Source of the DNA: Psychroflexus sp.
GTDB taxonomy: Bacteria; Bacteroidota; Bacteroidia; Flavobacteriales; Flavobacteriaceae
Length of the DNA: 64,000 nt
Reading direction: 5' to 3'
NCBI GenBank assembly: GCA_031581455.1
Contig: JAVLBJ010000001.1
Span: 2,568 to 66,567 of the forward strand
The notes beneath the pieces were generated by a model that was not told the DNA's origin, searched no databases, and saw only the letters and a program-made list of their open reading frames with translations. Shown one piece after another: positions 19,701 through 29,235 of the stretch. Position 1 is the stretch's first letter. Each line of letters begins with the position of its first letter. The position numbers and the translations under genes are program-made.

Positions 19701-20031
19701 TGAAGTTTCTGCTTCAGTTGACTTAGATAAATATGATATAGATAATTGTACTATTACACAAGGACTTTCACCTGGTAATGATGAAAAAAATGATGAATTA
19801 GATTTGAGATTCTTAGACGATAGAAGCGGCATAAGATCATTAGAGGTGTTTGACAGGTACGGGAGTTCTGTTTATAAAAAATCAAACTATAGGAATGAAT
19901 TTTTTGGTCAAAATGATGATGGAGGTCAACTTAAAACAGGCACTTACTTCTATGTTATCAAATTTGACAGGGAAGATAGCGTTTACGGCAATAGTCATAC
20001 AGGTTGGATTTATATAAATCAAGAGCAATAA
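16735..20031 (+). CDS. T9SS type-B CTD (gliding-motility-associated C-terminal domain) secreted protein with duplicated N-terminal domains
   Basis: Signal peptide; two ~200-aa repeats; Ig-like YQW repeats; CTD ITQGLSPGNDEKND...VFDRYG...GTYFYVI...GWIYI. Confidence 0.9.
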   Translation: MLKFYFAVLISTFLLTTNAQTLVNVDCNQGPENINFCYPSSQLTAYTFLSSDGSNINLTINSGGVEQNWDEFIVLDTDGTELFNGYGNDGDLTGLTFQSTGDEITIQVDADGSIDCQGSANIDPIDITASCATCTNPSVDYALVSDCLNAPQFLVEANVTDLGSATSLTITDNQGSTAQTISAAGLVTFGPYPNGTDVQVTAQNDQEINCAISSAVLSQSFCEDNIVDCNAGPVNSNFCYPSGEVTELNYTSSDGTNLNLTINSGSVEENWDEFIVLDTDGTELFNGYGNNGDLAGLTFQSSGDQITIQVNADGSIDCQGSANISPIDVSVSCATCINPDVDYDVVANCNDDDSEFLIDVFVNDLGSASDVEVSTNQGDAPVTVSSAPQTLTFGPYDIGTDVVVTSENLDDQNCIITSPNLTQETCGCSGAEPFCAPDEGEPLVFENVSSGITADPSIDYDCLFTQPNPVWFYLQIQDGGDLDFEIVQNTSFDDQGNPNGTGLDVDFIAWGPFDAPEDACTDLNQNTQVDCSYSADDVENFSIPNAQEDEIYVVLITNFAGDSGFISLGQTNTDNPNSGSTNCQIVTTTFVTACAVDGGATLNATNDNAQGYQWLEYDPATDTYNPISGEDQSTFTATESGLYQVQWLDDNLDINIDDFDVTIIPEPEVQDQTLALCQQSSVDLVATPANSGDYESIAYQWFNDGQPISGETQDVYTATQPGDYSVEIITSNTNQDTDEEVNCPKTVNFTVTDASFTLELGGDQTFCDADPQIITAELTDASADDASFSWSTGATTQSIDVSETNIFTVTVTVNGCSVTQSVEYIFNESPQFDLGEDIETCDLASVVIDATPANFDPNMTIFEWSKDGNVLEFEVDVLINPDNYGFGNYEVTAYSDAEDCSTTDQITISKRDDISVALSTDDSDNLFCAGELVNISANLTNATAAEANFEWLVNGETQSGENTDTFNFQTSEEDDEDTIKVIVSISGDCEVSASVDLDKYDIDNCTITQGLSPGNDEKNDELDLRFLDDRSGIRSLEVFDRYGSSVYKKSNYRNEFFGQNDDGGQLKTGTYFYVIKFDREDSVYGNSHTGWIYINQEQ
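16807..18012 (+). repeat. Intragenic tandem duplication, period 606 nt (202 aa)
   Basis: Copy 1 16807-17400 and copy 2 17413-18012 share VDCN, NFCYPS, NWDEFIVLDTDGTELFNGYGN, IDCQGSANI, SCATC and TFGPY. Confidence 0.92.
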
Positions 20032-20131
20032 TTTAATAATAAATTAAACATAAATAAATTTTATTAATTTTTTTTAAATAAAAATATATTTAGTTAGTTT
20101 TACATCTTAAAATAAACTTAAACACTTGATT

Positions 20132-22252
20132 ATGTTAAATAAATACTTTTTAATTTTTTTAGGTTTTTTGCCGATTATAGGTTTAAGCCAAACCATATCG
20201 GTTGATGACACCCAAACCTTAGATCAATTGATTGATGGGGTGTTGATTTCAGGAGACTGCGCAGATGTAACTAATATTACCTCACCTAACAACAGTTCAT
20301 TGGCGGGTGAAGGTTATGAAAGTTATGCCTCTTTTGATGCCTCTAGTGCTAATTTTCCTTTTACTGATGGAATAGTATTAGCCAACAAAGAGGTTACTGG
20401 GATTCCTAATGATACAGGTGATTCAGGAAGCAATGCATGGACTGGAGATGCAGACCTTGAAGCTCTCATACAAGAACCAGGAAACACAAACAATGCTACT
20501 GTCATAGAATTTAGTTTTACTCCTTATGTAGACGAAATCAGCTTTAATTACTTATTAGCCTCTAACGAATGGCCTAGTTTTGTCTGTTCTTACGCAGACA
20601 CCTTTGCCTTTATATTATCAGGTCCGGGTATTTCTGATATTAATTCCTATGACCATGATGCTAATCCTAACACTCCTGATCTTCAGTTAGATTTAGGGGG
20701 GTTGAACATAGCCACAATACCTGGGACTAACATACCAGTAAGCCCAGTTAACATACACTTGGATGACGATTGTGCACCGGGATCATTAGGAGAATATGCA
20801 GTACCTCAATTATTTGATCAGACATTTAGCGATAACGGTTCTACTGAATTTACAGGACAAACAGAGCCACTTTTTGTAAGTACAAGTGTAATTCCCGGAG
20901 AAACCTATCAAATTAAATTAGTTATTGCTGATAGACAAGATACAATTTTAGATTCGGCTGTTTTTATAGAAGGTAGTAGTTTTGACATAGGCGAAGTAGA
21001 TTTAGGACCAGACATTACCTTAGGCTCAGATGAAGCGGTCTGTGAAGGTGATGTTATTACTTTAGATGCCGGGCCCGGTGGCGACAATACTTCTTATACT
21101 TGGTTTAAAGACTTTGAGGAAATACCTGGTGAAACAGGTCAATTCTTAGATGTAACAGAGAGTGGCACTTACAGTGTAGCAGTTGCATTTTCCTTAGATT
21201 GCTTACAAACCGACTCTATAACCGTTGAATTTTTTCCTGAGCCACAATTACCTGATGATCAAACCATTGTATTATGTGCGGGAGAAACAGCCACATTAGA
21301 TGGAACACCAAATAACCTATCAGATATAGTCAACCCACAATACCAATGGACTCAGGACGGAGAGCCTATTAGCGGCGACGGACCTACCTTAACTGTTGAT
21401 GAAGCTGGCGTTTATGAAATAGATGTAGATGCTCAAGCATGTACTAATGTTAATACAACATTTACTGTTAATCTGGTAGATTACACAATTGATTTAGGTG
21501 AAGATGTATCACCCTGTACAGCAGTTGACGCGACTAATAGCTTTGAGATAGTACCGTTTATTGACGGAGTGCCTGACGCTGATTTAGACCAGGTAGATTA
21601 TTCCTGGAGTACAGGTGATACGTCAGAGACCATTACGGTAGATCAGGATGGTACTTACACACTTACGACTACTTATCAGGGTTGCGCTGAAACTGATGAT
21701 ATACAAGTCACTTTTAGACAAGCTTCTTCAGTAAATTTAGGTAATGATTTTAAATCTTGCTTTACCGATGCAGAAGTTATTGATACAGGTTTACCCAATG
21801 ATGATGCTAATATCACTTTCCGCTGGTTTAGAGGTGGTTCAGAGTTGACTAATGAAAATGCATCAAGCTTAGAAGTTGAAGAAGAAGGAACTTATGAGGT
21901 AGAAGTCAATAACGAAGGTTGTATTAGTACAGATGAAATTGTAGTAACGGGCTATGATGTAGATAATTGTACGATTACACAAGGCCTTTCACCTAATGAT
22001 GATGGTGACAATGACTGTTTAGATTTAACCTTTTTAGCTGATAGAACCGGGATAGATAACATTCAGTTATTTAACAGATATGGTAGGAAAGTTTTTGAAT
22101 CAAATAATTATGTCAATGAATTCTGCGGACAAGATGATGACGGAGACATGTTAACCACAGGGACTTACTTTTATGTTATCAAATTATCATCTGAAGACAA
22201 CGAATTTGGTAACCTGGTTAAAGGATATATCTATATTAGTGAAGAACAATAA
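20132..22252 (+). CDS. T9SS type-B CTD secreted protein with choice-of-anchor-L-like N-terminal domain
   Basis: ATG at 20132 (ORF track uses TTG 20126); EFSFTP, FNY-LASNE, FAFILSGPG, IKLVIADRQD-ILDSAVFIE-SF; CTD ITQGLSPNDDGDND...FNRYG...GTYFYVI. Confidence 0.88.
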   Translation: MLNKYFLIFLGFLPIIGLSQTISVDDTQTLDQLIDGVLISGDCADVTNITSPNNSSLAGEGYESYASFDASSANFPFTDGIVLANKEVTGIPNDTGDSGSNAWTGDADLEALIQEPGNTNNATVIEFSFTPYVDEISFNYLLASNEWPSFVCSYADTFAFILSGPGISDINSYDHDANPNTPDLQLDLGGLNIATIPGTNIPVSPVNIHLDDDCAPGSLGEYAVPQLFDQTFSDNGSTEFTGQTEPLFVSTSVIPGETYQIKLVIADRQDTILDSAVFIEGSSFDIGEVDLGPDITLGSDEAVCEGDVITLDAGPGGDNTSYTWFKDFEEIPGETGQFLDVTESGTYSVAVAFSLDCLQTDSITVEFFPEPQLPDDQTIVLCAGETATLDGTPNNLSDIVNPQYQWTQDGEPISGDGPTLTVDEAGVYEIDVDAQACTNVNTTFTVNLVDYTIDLGEDVSPCTAVDATNSFEIVPFIDGVPDADLDQVDYSWSTGDTSETITVDQDGTYTLTTTYQGCAETDDIQVTFRQASSVNLGNDFKSCFTDAEVIDTGLPNDDANITFRWFRGGSELTNENASSLEVEEEGTYEVEVNNEGCISTDEIVVTGYDVDNCTITQGLSPNDDGDNDCLDLTFLADRTGIDNIQLFNRYGRKVFESNNYVNEFCGQDDDGDMLTTGTYFYVIKLSSEDNEFGNLVKGYIYISEEQ

Positions 22253-22279
22253 ATCTAATCAGTATAAAAATAATATCAT

Positions 22280-23191
22280 ATGAGAAATAAATATTTAATT
22301 CTGAGCTTCTTTTTCGTGGCTTTCTTTATCAATGAGCGCACGCATGCCCAACAAGATCCGCAGTACACCCAGTATATGTATAATATGAATGTTGTAAATC
22401 CAGCTTATGCCGGCTCTAAAGAAACACTTGCTATAACAGCTTTATTCAGAGATCAATGGACAGGCTTGCAAGGTTCACCAAGAACGGTAACCTTATCCGG
22501 GCATTCGCCAGTAGGAAATGGCTTAGGTATTGGCTTTTCGGCTATTAATGACGAAATAGGTCCAGTTGAAGAGACTAATGCTTATGCAGATGTGTCCTAT
22601 ACCATAGACTTTGCCAATGACCATCATTTGGCCTTTGGCGTTAAAGCTGGTGGTACATTTCAGGATATAGGTTTGTTAGATTTAGATTTACAAGATAATA
22701 ATGATGATGCTTTTAGTCAAAACGTAAGTGAAGCTTTCTTTAATGTAGGAGCAGGCTTTTTCTATTATACAGATAATTGGTATGTAAGTTTATCAGTCCC
22801 TAACTTTTTAAGTGCTACTTACCTTGATGTAAATGGTAGAGAATTTGGAACTGATGAACAGCACTTTTTTGCCAGTGCAGGTTACGTTTTCCAATTATCA
22901 GATGATGTTAAGTTTAAGCCATCAGTTATGGTTAAATCAGAACTTAGCTCAATTGTATCCTATGACCTTAATGCTAACTTCTTATTCTTTGAAAAATTTG
23001 AAGTTGGTGCATCATACAGAGCAGAAGATTCTTTTAGCGGCTTGGTAGGATTCAGACCTACAAACTGGGCGCAAGTAGGTTTTGCTTATGATTCCTCAGT
23101 AAGTGATATTAATGAACCTTCTTATGAAGCATTTGTGACATTTAATCTTTTCTTTAAGAAAAAAGCTTATTTATCACCACGTTATTTCTAA
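22280..23191 (+). CDS. T9SS PorP/SprF family outer-membrane beta-barrel
   Basis: AQQDPQYTQYMYN-NVVNPAYAG, RDQWTG, KFKPS, ends SPRYF. Confidence 0.93.
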   Translation: MRNKYLILSFFFVAFFINERTHAQQDPQYTQYMYNMNVVNPAYAGSKETLAITALFRDQWTGLQGSPRTVTLSGHSPVGNGLGIGFSAINDEIGPVEETNAYADVSYTIDFANDHHLAFGVKAGGTFQDIGLLDLDLQDNNDDAFSQNVSEAFFNVGAGFFYYTDNWYVSLSVPNFLSATYLDVNGREFGTDEQHFFASAGYVFQLSDDVKFKPSVMVKSELSSIVSYDLNANFLFFEKFEVGASYRAEDSFSGLVGFRPTNWAQVGFAYDSSVSDINEPSYEAFVTFNLFFKKKAYLSPRYF

Positions 23192-23215
23192 TTCTAAACG
23201 ATTAATCAAAAAACT

Positions 23216-25099
23216 ATGAATAAAATAATATATACATTACTAACTATTTTCGTTATTTCAGCAGCTGTTAACGCTCAAAATCAAAATACGAAAAGAGCTG
23301 ACAAACATTTTAATAGATTAGAATATGTAAAAGCTATAGATGACTATAAAAAGCTTGTAGATAAGGATAAAGCTAATACATACGTTTATAGAAGATTAGC
23401 TCAATCTTATCTTAATCTCTATAAAATGAAGCAGGCTGAAAATTATTATGAATTAGTTGTTGAAGATGACGAAAATGCAACTGCAGATGATTACTTTAAG
23501 TATGCTAAAACATTGCTTGCTAACGAAAAGTACAACAAATACCAGCAAACTATGATGGACTTTGCTGAAATGAAGCCCAAAGATCAGCGAGCTATGATGT
23601 TTAAACAAAATCCTGATTATATTAAGGATTTAAAAAATAAGGAACCTAAATTTGACATCAGTAGGCTAAGTATAAATTCATCATTTTCAGATTTTGGAGC
23701 TTATGAAAATGGCGGTAAGCTCTATTTTGTTTCTGCCAGAAACGAATCAAGAAGAGATTATGGTTGGAATGATCAGCCAACTTTAGATATTTATGTGGCA
23801 GAAAACATAGCGGGAACTTTTAAGAACCCTAATTTATTAGAAGGCGATGTAAATACTAAGTTTAATGAAGGAACAGTTGCTTTACATAGCGACAACAAAA
23901 CAATTTTTTTTACTAGAAACGCTTATGAAGATGGGGACTACCAAAAAAATGAAAAAGGTATAGGACAACTTAAAATATATCAAGCAAAATTAGTTAATGG
24001 CGAATGGCAAGACATAAGCCCCTTACCTTTCACAAGCAAAGATTACGCAACAGCAAATCCTAGCTTGAGTCCAGATGGAGATTACCTCTATTTTTCTAGT
24101 AATATGCCAGGAGGCTATGGCAATTCAGACCTTTATAAGGTGGCAATTAATGAAGACGGCTCTTTTGGGGAACCTCAAAATTTAGGCGCTAAGGTAAATA
24201 CAGAGGGAAGAGAGAATTTTCCATTTGTAGATAAAGACGGACATCTTTTCTTTTCTAGTGATGGTCACTTAGGAATGGGAGGCTTAGACGTATTCTATAT
24301 TAATGTAGCCGATGTTAATAATGATTTTCCAAAGAATGCAGGTCAGCCTGTTAATAGTTCATCTGATGATTATGCATTTACCTACATCTCAAATAAAAAA
24401 TCAGGTTATGTCTCTTCTAACAGAGGTGAAAATCCTATTAATGACAACATCTATAAATTAGATTTAATAGAACCACTTGATGAAACTATGCTTAATATTT
24501 ATGTTACTGATATGGAAACCAATCAACCTATTGAAGCTGCTGAAGTAGCTATCTATGATAACCAAGATAACAATATCAAAACATCTAACACTAAAAAAGA
24601 TGGTAAAACACAGCATAAAGTAATCAGTGATATGAGCTATGACGTGCAGGTTAATGCCAATGATTATGTAAGCGATGCTAAAAATATTAAAGCTGAAGGT
24701 GAGTCTATGAATATCACTATATCATTAGAACCTGAAATAGAAGTTATAGATACAATTACAATAGATAATAATATCTTTTTTGCTTTTGATAAAGCAGAAA
24801 TCAAAAAAGAGGCGGCTTTTGAGTTAGATAAAATTGTAAAAACGCTTAAAGAAAATCCGGAGCTGAAAATTAAAATTACAAGTCATACTGATAGAAGAGG
24901 TCCTGAATCTTACAATCAGAAATTATCACAGCGAAGAGCTGATAATACTTTAGATTACTTTTTAGAAGCAGGCATAGATGATGCAAGACTTGAGGCAGAA
25001 GGTAAAGGAGAATCAGAGTTAATGGTTAAATGTGGATCTTCATGTACAGAAGAAGATCACCGCAAAAACAGGCGCTCAGAATTTACAGTTCTCCGTTGA
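23216..25099 (+). CDS. PorE-like OmpA-family protein (TPR, PD40/WD40 propeller, carboxypeptidase-regulatory-like, OmpA_C)
   Basis: TPR N-terminus, YFSSNMPGGYG-SDLY, FSSDGH-GMGGLD, FAFDKAEI, SHTD-RG-YN-LS-RRA, NRRSEF; SPI-type signal without lipobox Cys. Confidence 0.88.
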   Translation: MNKIIYTLLTIFVISAAVNAQNQNTKRADKHFNRLEYVKAIDDYKKLVDKDKANTYVYRRLAQSYLNLYKMKQAENYYELVVEDDENATADDYFKYAKTLLANEKYNKYQQTMMDFAEMKPKDQRAMMFKQNPDYIKDLKNKEPKFDISRLSINSSFSDFGAYENGGKLYFVSARNESRRDYGWNDQPTLDIYVAENIAGTFKNPNLLEGDVNTKFNEGTVALHSDNKTIFFTRNAYEDGDYQKNEKGIGQLKIYQAKLVNGEWQDISPLPFTSKDYATANPSLSPDGDYLYFSSNMPGGYGNSDLYKVAINEDGSFGEPQNLGAKVNTEGRENFPFVDKDGHLFFSSDGHLGMGGLDVFYINVADVNNDFPKNAGQPVNSSSDDYAFTYISNKKSGYVSSNRGENPINDNIYKLDLIEPLDETMLNIYVTDMETNQPIEAAEVAIYDNQDNNIKTSNTKKDGKTQHKVISDMSYDVQVNANDYVSDAKNIKAEGESMNITISLEPEIEVIDTITIDNNIFFAFDKAEIKKEAAFELDKIVKTLKENPELKIKITSHTDRRGPESYNQKLSQRRADNTLDYFLEAGIDDARLEAEGKGESELMVKCGSSCTEEDHRKNRRSEFTVLR

Positions 25100-25132
25100 G
25101 GTTGTAAGTTTTAAAGATTAAAAAAATTAATA

Positions 25133-25163
25133 GCCTCAACACATAAAGGTGTTGAGGTTTTTT
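25133..25163 (+). terminator. Intrinsic terminator after the T9SS cassette
   Basis: GCCTCAACAC-ATAAAG-GTGTTGAGGT followed by a T run. Confidence 0.8.
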
Positions 25164-25165
25164 AT

Positions 25166-25516
25166 ATGAGTACTCAATGTTTACATTGCGGCAATAAAAT
25201 TAATGGACGTATTGATAAAAAATTTTGTAATGTATATTGCAAAAGCGCTTATCATAATGCTAAGAATAGAGATGAAAGCCAACTTATACGTCAGATCAAT
25301 GCTATTTTGAAAACTAACTACAGGATACTCAGAAAAGTAAACCCTTATCAAAAAACCAAGGTAAAAAAAGATCACCTGCTTCAACAGGGATTTGACTTTT
25401 CTTACTTTACTAATATTTATACTACCAGAAAAGGACATATCTATTATTTTATTTACGATCAGGGCTATTTACCTTTAGATAATGATTTCTACGCAGTAGT
25501 AAAAAGAGATAAATGA
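25166..25516 (+). CDS. Small Zn-ribbon/treble-clef conserved hypothetical protein (DUF2116-like)
   Basis: CLHCG-x-GR-DKKFCNVYC; LKTNYRIL; GF-F-YFT; ATGA overlap with the next gene. Confidence 0.75.
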   Translation: MSTQCLHCGNKINGRIDKKFCNVYCKSAYHNAKNRDESQLIRQINAILKTNYRILRKVNPYQKTKVKKDHLLQQGFDFSYFTNIYTTRKGHIYYFIYDQGYLPLDNDFYAVVKRDK

Positions 25517-27801
25517 AAAAAGGCGCTTATTCATTTTTAATTGTCTTATCGATAGGACTTGCGTCATGGTATGTATTATTCAGCTTACAGCCATATAATA
25601 TCTCAAACCTCAATGAAAAACCTCAGAATTTTTCCACTTTAAGAGCATTTGAGCATGTAAAGGCAATCAGCCAAAAACCACACTATATTGGTTCAGATAA
25701 CCATTCAAATATTAGGAATTATATAATAGATGAATTAGAAAAACTCGGCCTAACAGTGCAAACTCAAAAAGCATTTAGCTTATCTCAATCAGGATCACTA
25801 ACGGTGCCCGAAAATATTATAGCGAGAATTAAAGGCAGTGATAATAAAGGTGATGCTTTAATGTTGTTGTCACATTACGATAGTGCTGTTCATTCATCTT
25901 ATGGCGCTAGCGATGCTGCAAGTGGCGTAGCGGCTATTATTGAAACCCTAAGAGCATTTAAAACCAAAGGTAATTTACCAAAAAACGACATTATAATCTG
26001 TTTTACAGACGGTGAAGAAGTTGGTTTAAACGGAGCCAGGCTATTTGCTAAGCAACACCCATGGGCTAAAGATGTAAAGTTAGTGCTCAACTTCGAGGCT
26101 CGTGGTAGTGGCGGGCCTAGTAATATGATTGTTGAAACTAACTATGGCAATCAAAATTTGATCAACAGCTTTGCAGATGCTAAACCGGGTTTTCCTGTAG
26201 CTAGTTCTCTGATGTATAATGTATATAAATTATTACCCAATAATACAGATTCAACAGTATTTAGAGAAGAGCTTGACGTTCCTAGTTTGTTTTTTGCTTT
26301 TATAGATGATCATTTTGATTACCATACAGCAAATGACATACCAGAAAGATTAGATAAGCGCTCCTTAGCTCATCAGGGAAGTTATTTAGAGTCTGCTCTT
26401 CAGCATTATTCAAATATCGATCTAAACAACCTGAAATCAGAAAATAACAGTGTTTATTTTAATTTACCATTTATAGGATTAGTTCATTATCCATATTCAC
26501 TGTCTCCATATTTATTAGTCTTGAGTTTATTGCTGCTATTTGCAGGAATTTTTTATGGCATCAAAAAGAAGAAACTCTCCAGAAAAGAAATTTTTAAAGG
26601 GTTTATCCCTTTTTTATTATTGTTGATCTCAAGTGCTGGTTTAGGTTATGTCGGATGGGAAATCATATTATACCTTTATCCTCATTATAACGAATATTTA
26701 AATGGTTTCACGCCTAATGGTTACGAATATATTATTGCATTCGCTTTATTAGTAGTCTGTGTCTATATGTTGTTATACAATTATTATTTCAGAAAAATTA
26801 ATACGGCAAATGCTTTAGTGGCTCCTATTATTTTCTGGATGCTCATAAATTTAATTGTCATTATATATTTACCCGGCGGTGCGTTCTTTATAGTCCCACT
26901 ACTCCTTACATTATTTACCTGGTTTGTTTTTATTTTTTATAGAAGACCTAGTTTTTTTATTTTGTTTCTCATACAACTCCCTACTTTATGGATTTTTGTT
27001 CCTTATATAAAATCATTTCCTGTTGGTCTGGGCTTGAGTTCAGTTTATATAACCTGTTTACTTACGGCATTTACACTTGGCTTGATGAGTGCTCTTATTT
27101 ATCCGCTATACAAGAAAAAAGCTATAGCACTAAGCGCATTTCTCTTTGCTCTGGGCTTTTTTATTGTGGCGCATTTAAACTCGAATTTTAATAAAGAAAA
27201 TCCTAAACCTAATAGTCTGATATATATGGCTAATCACAATAATGAAAAGGCCTACTGGAAATCTTACGATAAAATATTAGACGAATGGACAAAACCGTAT
27301 TTTGAACAAAGTGAGAGTAATAGTCCTCAAGACACAATAGCTAATGCGACATTTGACAGTAAATATGGTAATCTTTTCAAGCAGTCTAAAGAAACAGATT
27401 TTTATGATATTAATCTTACAGAGACAAGTACAGAGAAGAGGGCAAATAGATATTTGATTAGCTTAAATCCTCTTAAAGCCCATAGAATATCATTATTTAA
27501 AGGGAATCAATTTCAAGTTGATAGTTTTTCAATCAATGGTAAGGATTACACTAAATTAATGCAGAAAAAATTAAAAAAGCGCAGTTCAAGGCTGCTTTCT
27601 TACTATGTTGTTGATCAATTGCCTATTAAAATTGAAATATTAACACAACAAAACCTGCAACCAGAGCTATTTTTAATATCATCGAGTTATTCTTTATTTG
27701 AAAATGAAGATTTAAATGTAAAAAGAAGACCGCCTAAATATATGCCTAAGCCTTTTGTTTTAAATGATGCATGTGTAAGTGTTAGAAAAATAAGCTTTTA
27801 A
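25513..27801 (+). CDS. M28 family membrane metallopeptidase (ERMP1-like architecture)
   Basis: SHYDS, GASDAASGV, TDGEEVGLNGA, NFEARGSGG, YHTAND; multi-TM middle; soluble C-terminus. Confidence 0.9.
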   Translation: MKKGAYSFLIVLSIGLASWYVLFSLQPYNISNLNEKPQNFSTLRAFEHVKAISQKPHYIGSDNHSNIRNYIIDELEKLGLTVQTQKAFSLSQSGSLTVPENIIARIKGSDNKGDALMLLSHYDSAVHSSYGASDAASGVAAIIETLRAFKTKGNLPKNDIIICFTDGEEVGLNGARLFAKQHPWAKDVKLVLNFEARGSGGPSNMIVETNYGNQNLINSFADAKPGFPVASSLMYNVYKLLPNNTDSTVFREELDVPSLFFAFIDDHFDYHTANDIPERLDKRSLAHQGSYLESALQHYSNIDLNNLKSENNSVYFNLPFIGLVHYPYSLSPYLLVLSLLLLFAGIFYGIKKKKLSRKEIFKGFIPFLLLLISSAGLGYVGWEIILYLYPHYNEYLNGFTPNGYEYIIAFALLVVCVYMLLYNYYFRKINTANALVAPIIFWMLINLIVIIYLPGGAFFIVPLLLTLFTWFVFIFYRRPSFFILFLIQLPTLWIFVPYIKSFPVGLGLSSVYITCLLTAFTLGLMSALIYPLYKKKAIALSAFLFALGFFIVAHLNSNFNKENPKPNSLIYMANHNNEKAYWKSYDKILDEWTKPYFEQSESNSPQDTIANATFDSKYGNLFKQSKETDFYDINLTETSTEKRANRYLISLNPLKAHRISLFKGNQFQVDSFSINGKDYTKLMQKKLKKRSSRLLSYYVVDQLPIKIEILTQQNLQPELFLISSSYSLFENEDLNVKRRPPKYMPKPFVLNDACVSVRKISF

Positions 27802-27873
27802 AACTAGAGGATTTTTTAAATTAATTTTAGGCTAAAAAAAACTTACTTAAAACTTTCATTTATAATAAATTTA

Positions 27874-27881
27874 TATATTTG
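27874..27881 (+). promoter_or_regulatory. Putative -7 box for the ompA-like gene
   Basis: TATATTTG, 18 bp before the ATG. Confidence 0.6.
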
Positions 27882-27899
27882 TAATCTAAGTTAACAATT

Positions 27900-29228
27900 A
27901 TGAAAAAACTATCTTTATTCTCGCTATTCACTATAATGTTTTCAGTGATCGGGGCGGCTCAAGAAAACTCTCAAAATTCTGTGGATTACAATAGGTGGTC
28001 TATAGAAGGTAACGTTGGCTTAAACAAACCTGATGATAATTTTACTGATGGATATCTGACATCTGATGCTAATACGTATTTAAGTTTTAATGGGATAAGG
28101 CATTTTGACTTAGGTGTCCGTTATATGTTCAACGAAACCTTTGGTCTTAAATTAGACGGTGGATATGATACCTTTAAACCAGTTGATGATGCTACAAGTT
28201 TTGATTTTGAAAATAGAATGTACAGAATAGGCATACAAGGTGTAGTAAATTTTAGGAATTTGTTTAATTTTAATGACTTTACAAATAGATTTGGTTTACT
28301 AGGTCATTTTGGTCTACAGGTTAACCGCATAGATCCCCAATCAAGAGAGAATACAGATTCTTTAAATTTAATTGAAGACGGAGAAGATAATGGTGGCCTT
28401 ATGTTTGGATTAACTCCTCAATTTAAATTAACAAATAGGTTAGTATTGACTTTAGATATGACATTCATTCAAAACTTGCGTCAGCATTTAACTTGGGATG
28501 GTGTTAGAGCACCAGGAAGTAGGAATTTAAGAAGCTCAGTACTTAACACATCAGTTGGGATAACTTACAACATAGGCAAAAAGGAAGTTCACGCTGACTG
28601 GGTTAACAATTCTTTAGAAACTAAACTTGATAAAGATATTAAAGATTTAAATAAACAAACATCCGATATAGAAGACAGACTTAAAGATGACGATAAAGAT
28701 GGTGTCTCTAATTATGTAGATCAAGAGCCAAATACTCCTAAAGGAGCTTTAGTAAATTCTAGAGGTGAAAGTATAGATAAAGATGGTAACAAAATTCCAG
28801 ATAATGTTCAAAAATATTTAGATGATAAATACCTTTCTAAGTCAGAAGCTCAAGAATACATTGACGTAGCTCGAATTTTAGCTGACAAAGGTTATATAAA
28901 CATCTTCTTTGATTTTGATAAGTCTGAACCTCTAGACTATTCTTTAAACGCAATAGCTATTGTAATGGAATATATGAAAGCCAATCCCCAGATAGATGCT
29001 AAACTAGTAGGCTACGCTGATGAAAGAGGTACAGATAAATATAATAAAAACTTGTCTGAAAAAAGAGCTAAAGTAGTTTATGATATTTTAGTTGCAACAG
29101 GTGTTGATTCAGATAGATTAACTTACAGCGGTGAAGGTGTGTATAAAACAATGGCACCAAAAAACTCTGATAGAGAGGAAGATGTGATGAGAATATCTCG
29201 TAGAGTCAAAGTTCAATTAATGAAATAA
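27900..29228 (+). CDS. OmpA family outer-membrane protein (beta-barrel, TSP3-like acidic motif, OmpA_C)
   Basis: Signal peptide; NRWSIE; DDDKDGV-NYVDQEPNTP; FFDFDKS, GYADERG-YN-LS-RA, RRV. Confidence 0.9.
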   Translation: MKKLSLFSLFTIMFSVIGAAQENSQNSVDYNRWSIEGNVGLNKPDDNFTDGYLTSDANTYLSFNGIRHFDLGVRYMFNETFGLKLDGGYDTFKPVDDATSFDFENRMYRIGIQGVVNFRNLFNFNDFTNRFGLLGHFGLQVNRIDPQSRENTDSLNLIEDGEDNGGLMFGLTPQFKLTNRLVLTLDMTFIQNLRQHLTWDGVRAPGSRNLRSSVLNTSVGITYNIGKKEVHADWVNNSLETKLDKDIKDLNKQTSDIEDRLKDDDKDGVSNYVDQEPNTPKGALVNSRGESIDKDGNKIPDNVQKYLDDKYLSKSEAQEYIDVARILADKGYINIFFDFDKSEPLDYSLNAIAIVMEYMKANPQIDAKLVGYADERGTDKYNKNLSEKRAKVVYDILVATGVDSDRLTYSGEGVYKTMAPKNSDREEDVMRISRRVKVQLMK

Positions 29229-29235
29229 ATAAACT

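Noticed and set aside
20032-20125. Extremely AT-rich spacer as an origin or DNA-unwinding element
   Set aside because: No DnaA boxes or iterons seen; ordinary intergenic DNA for this genome
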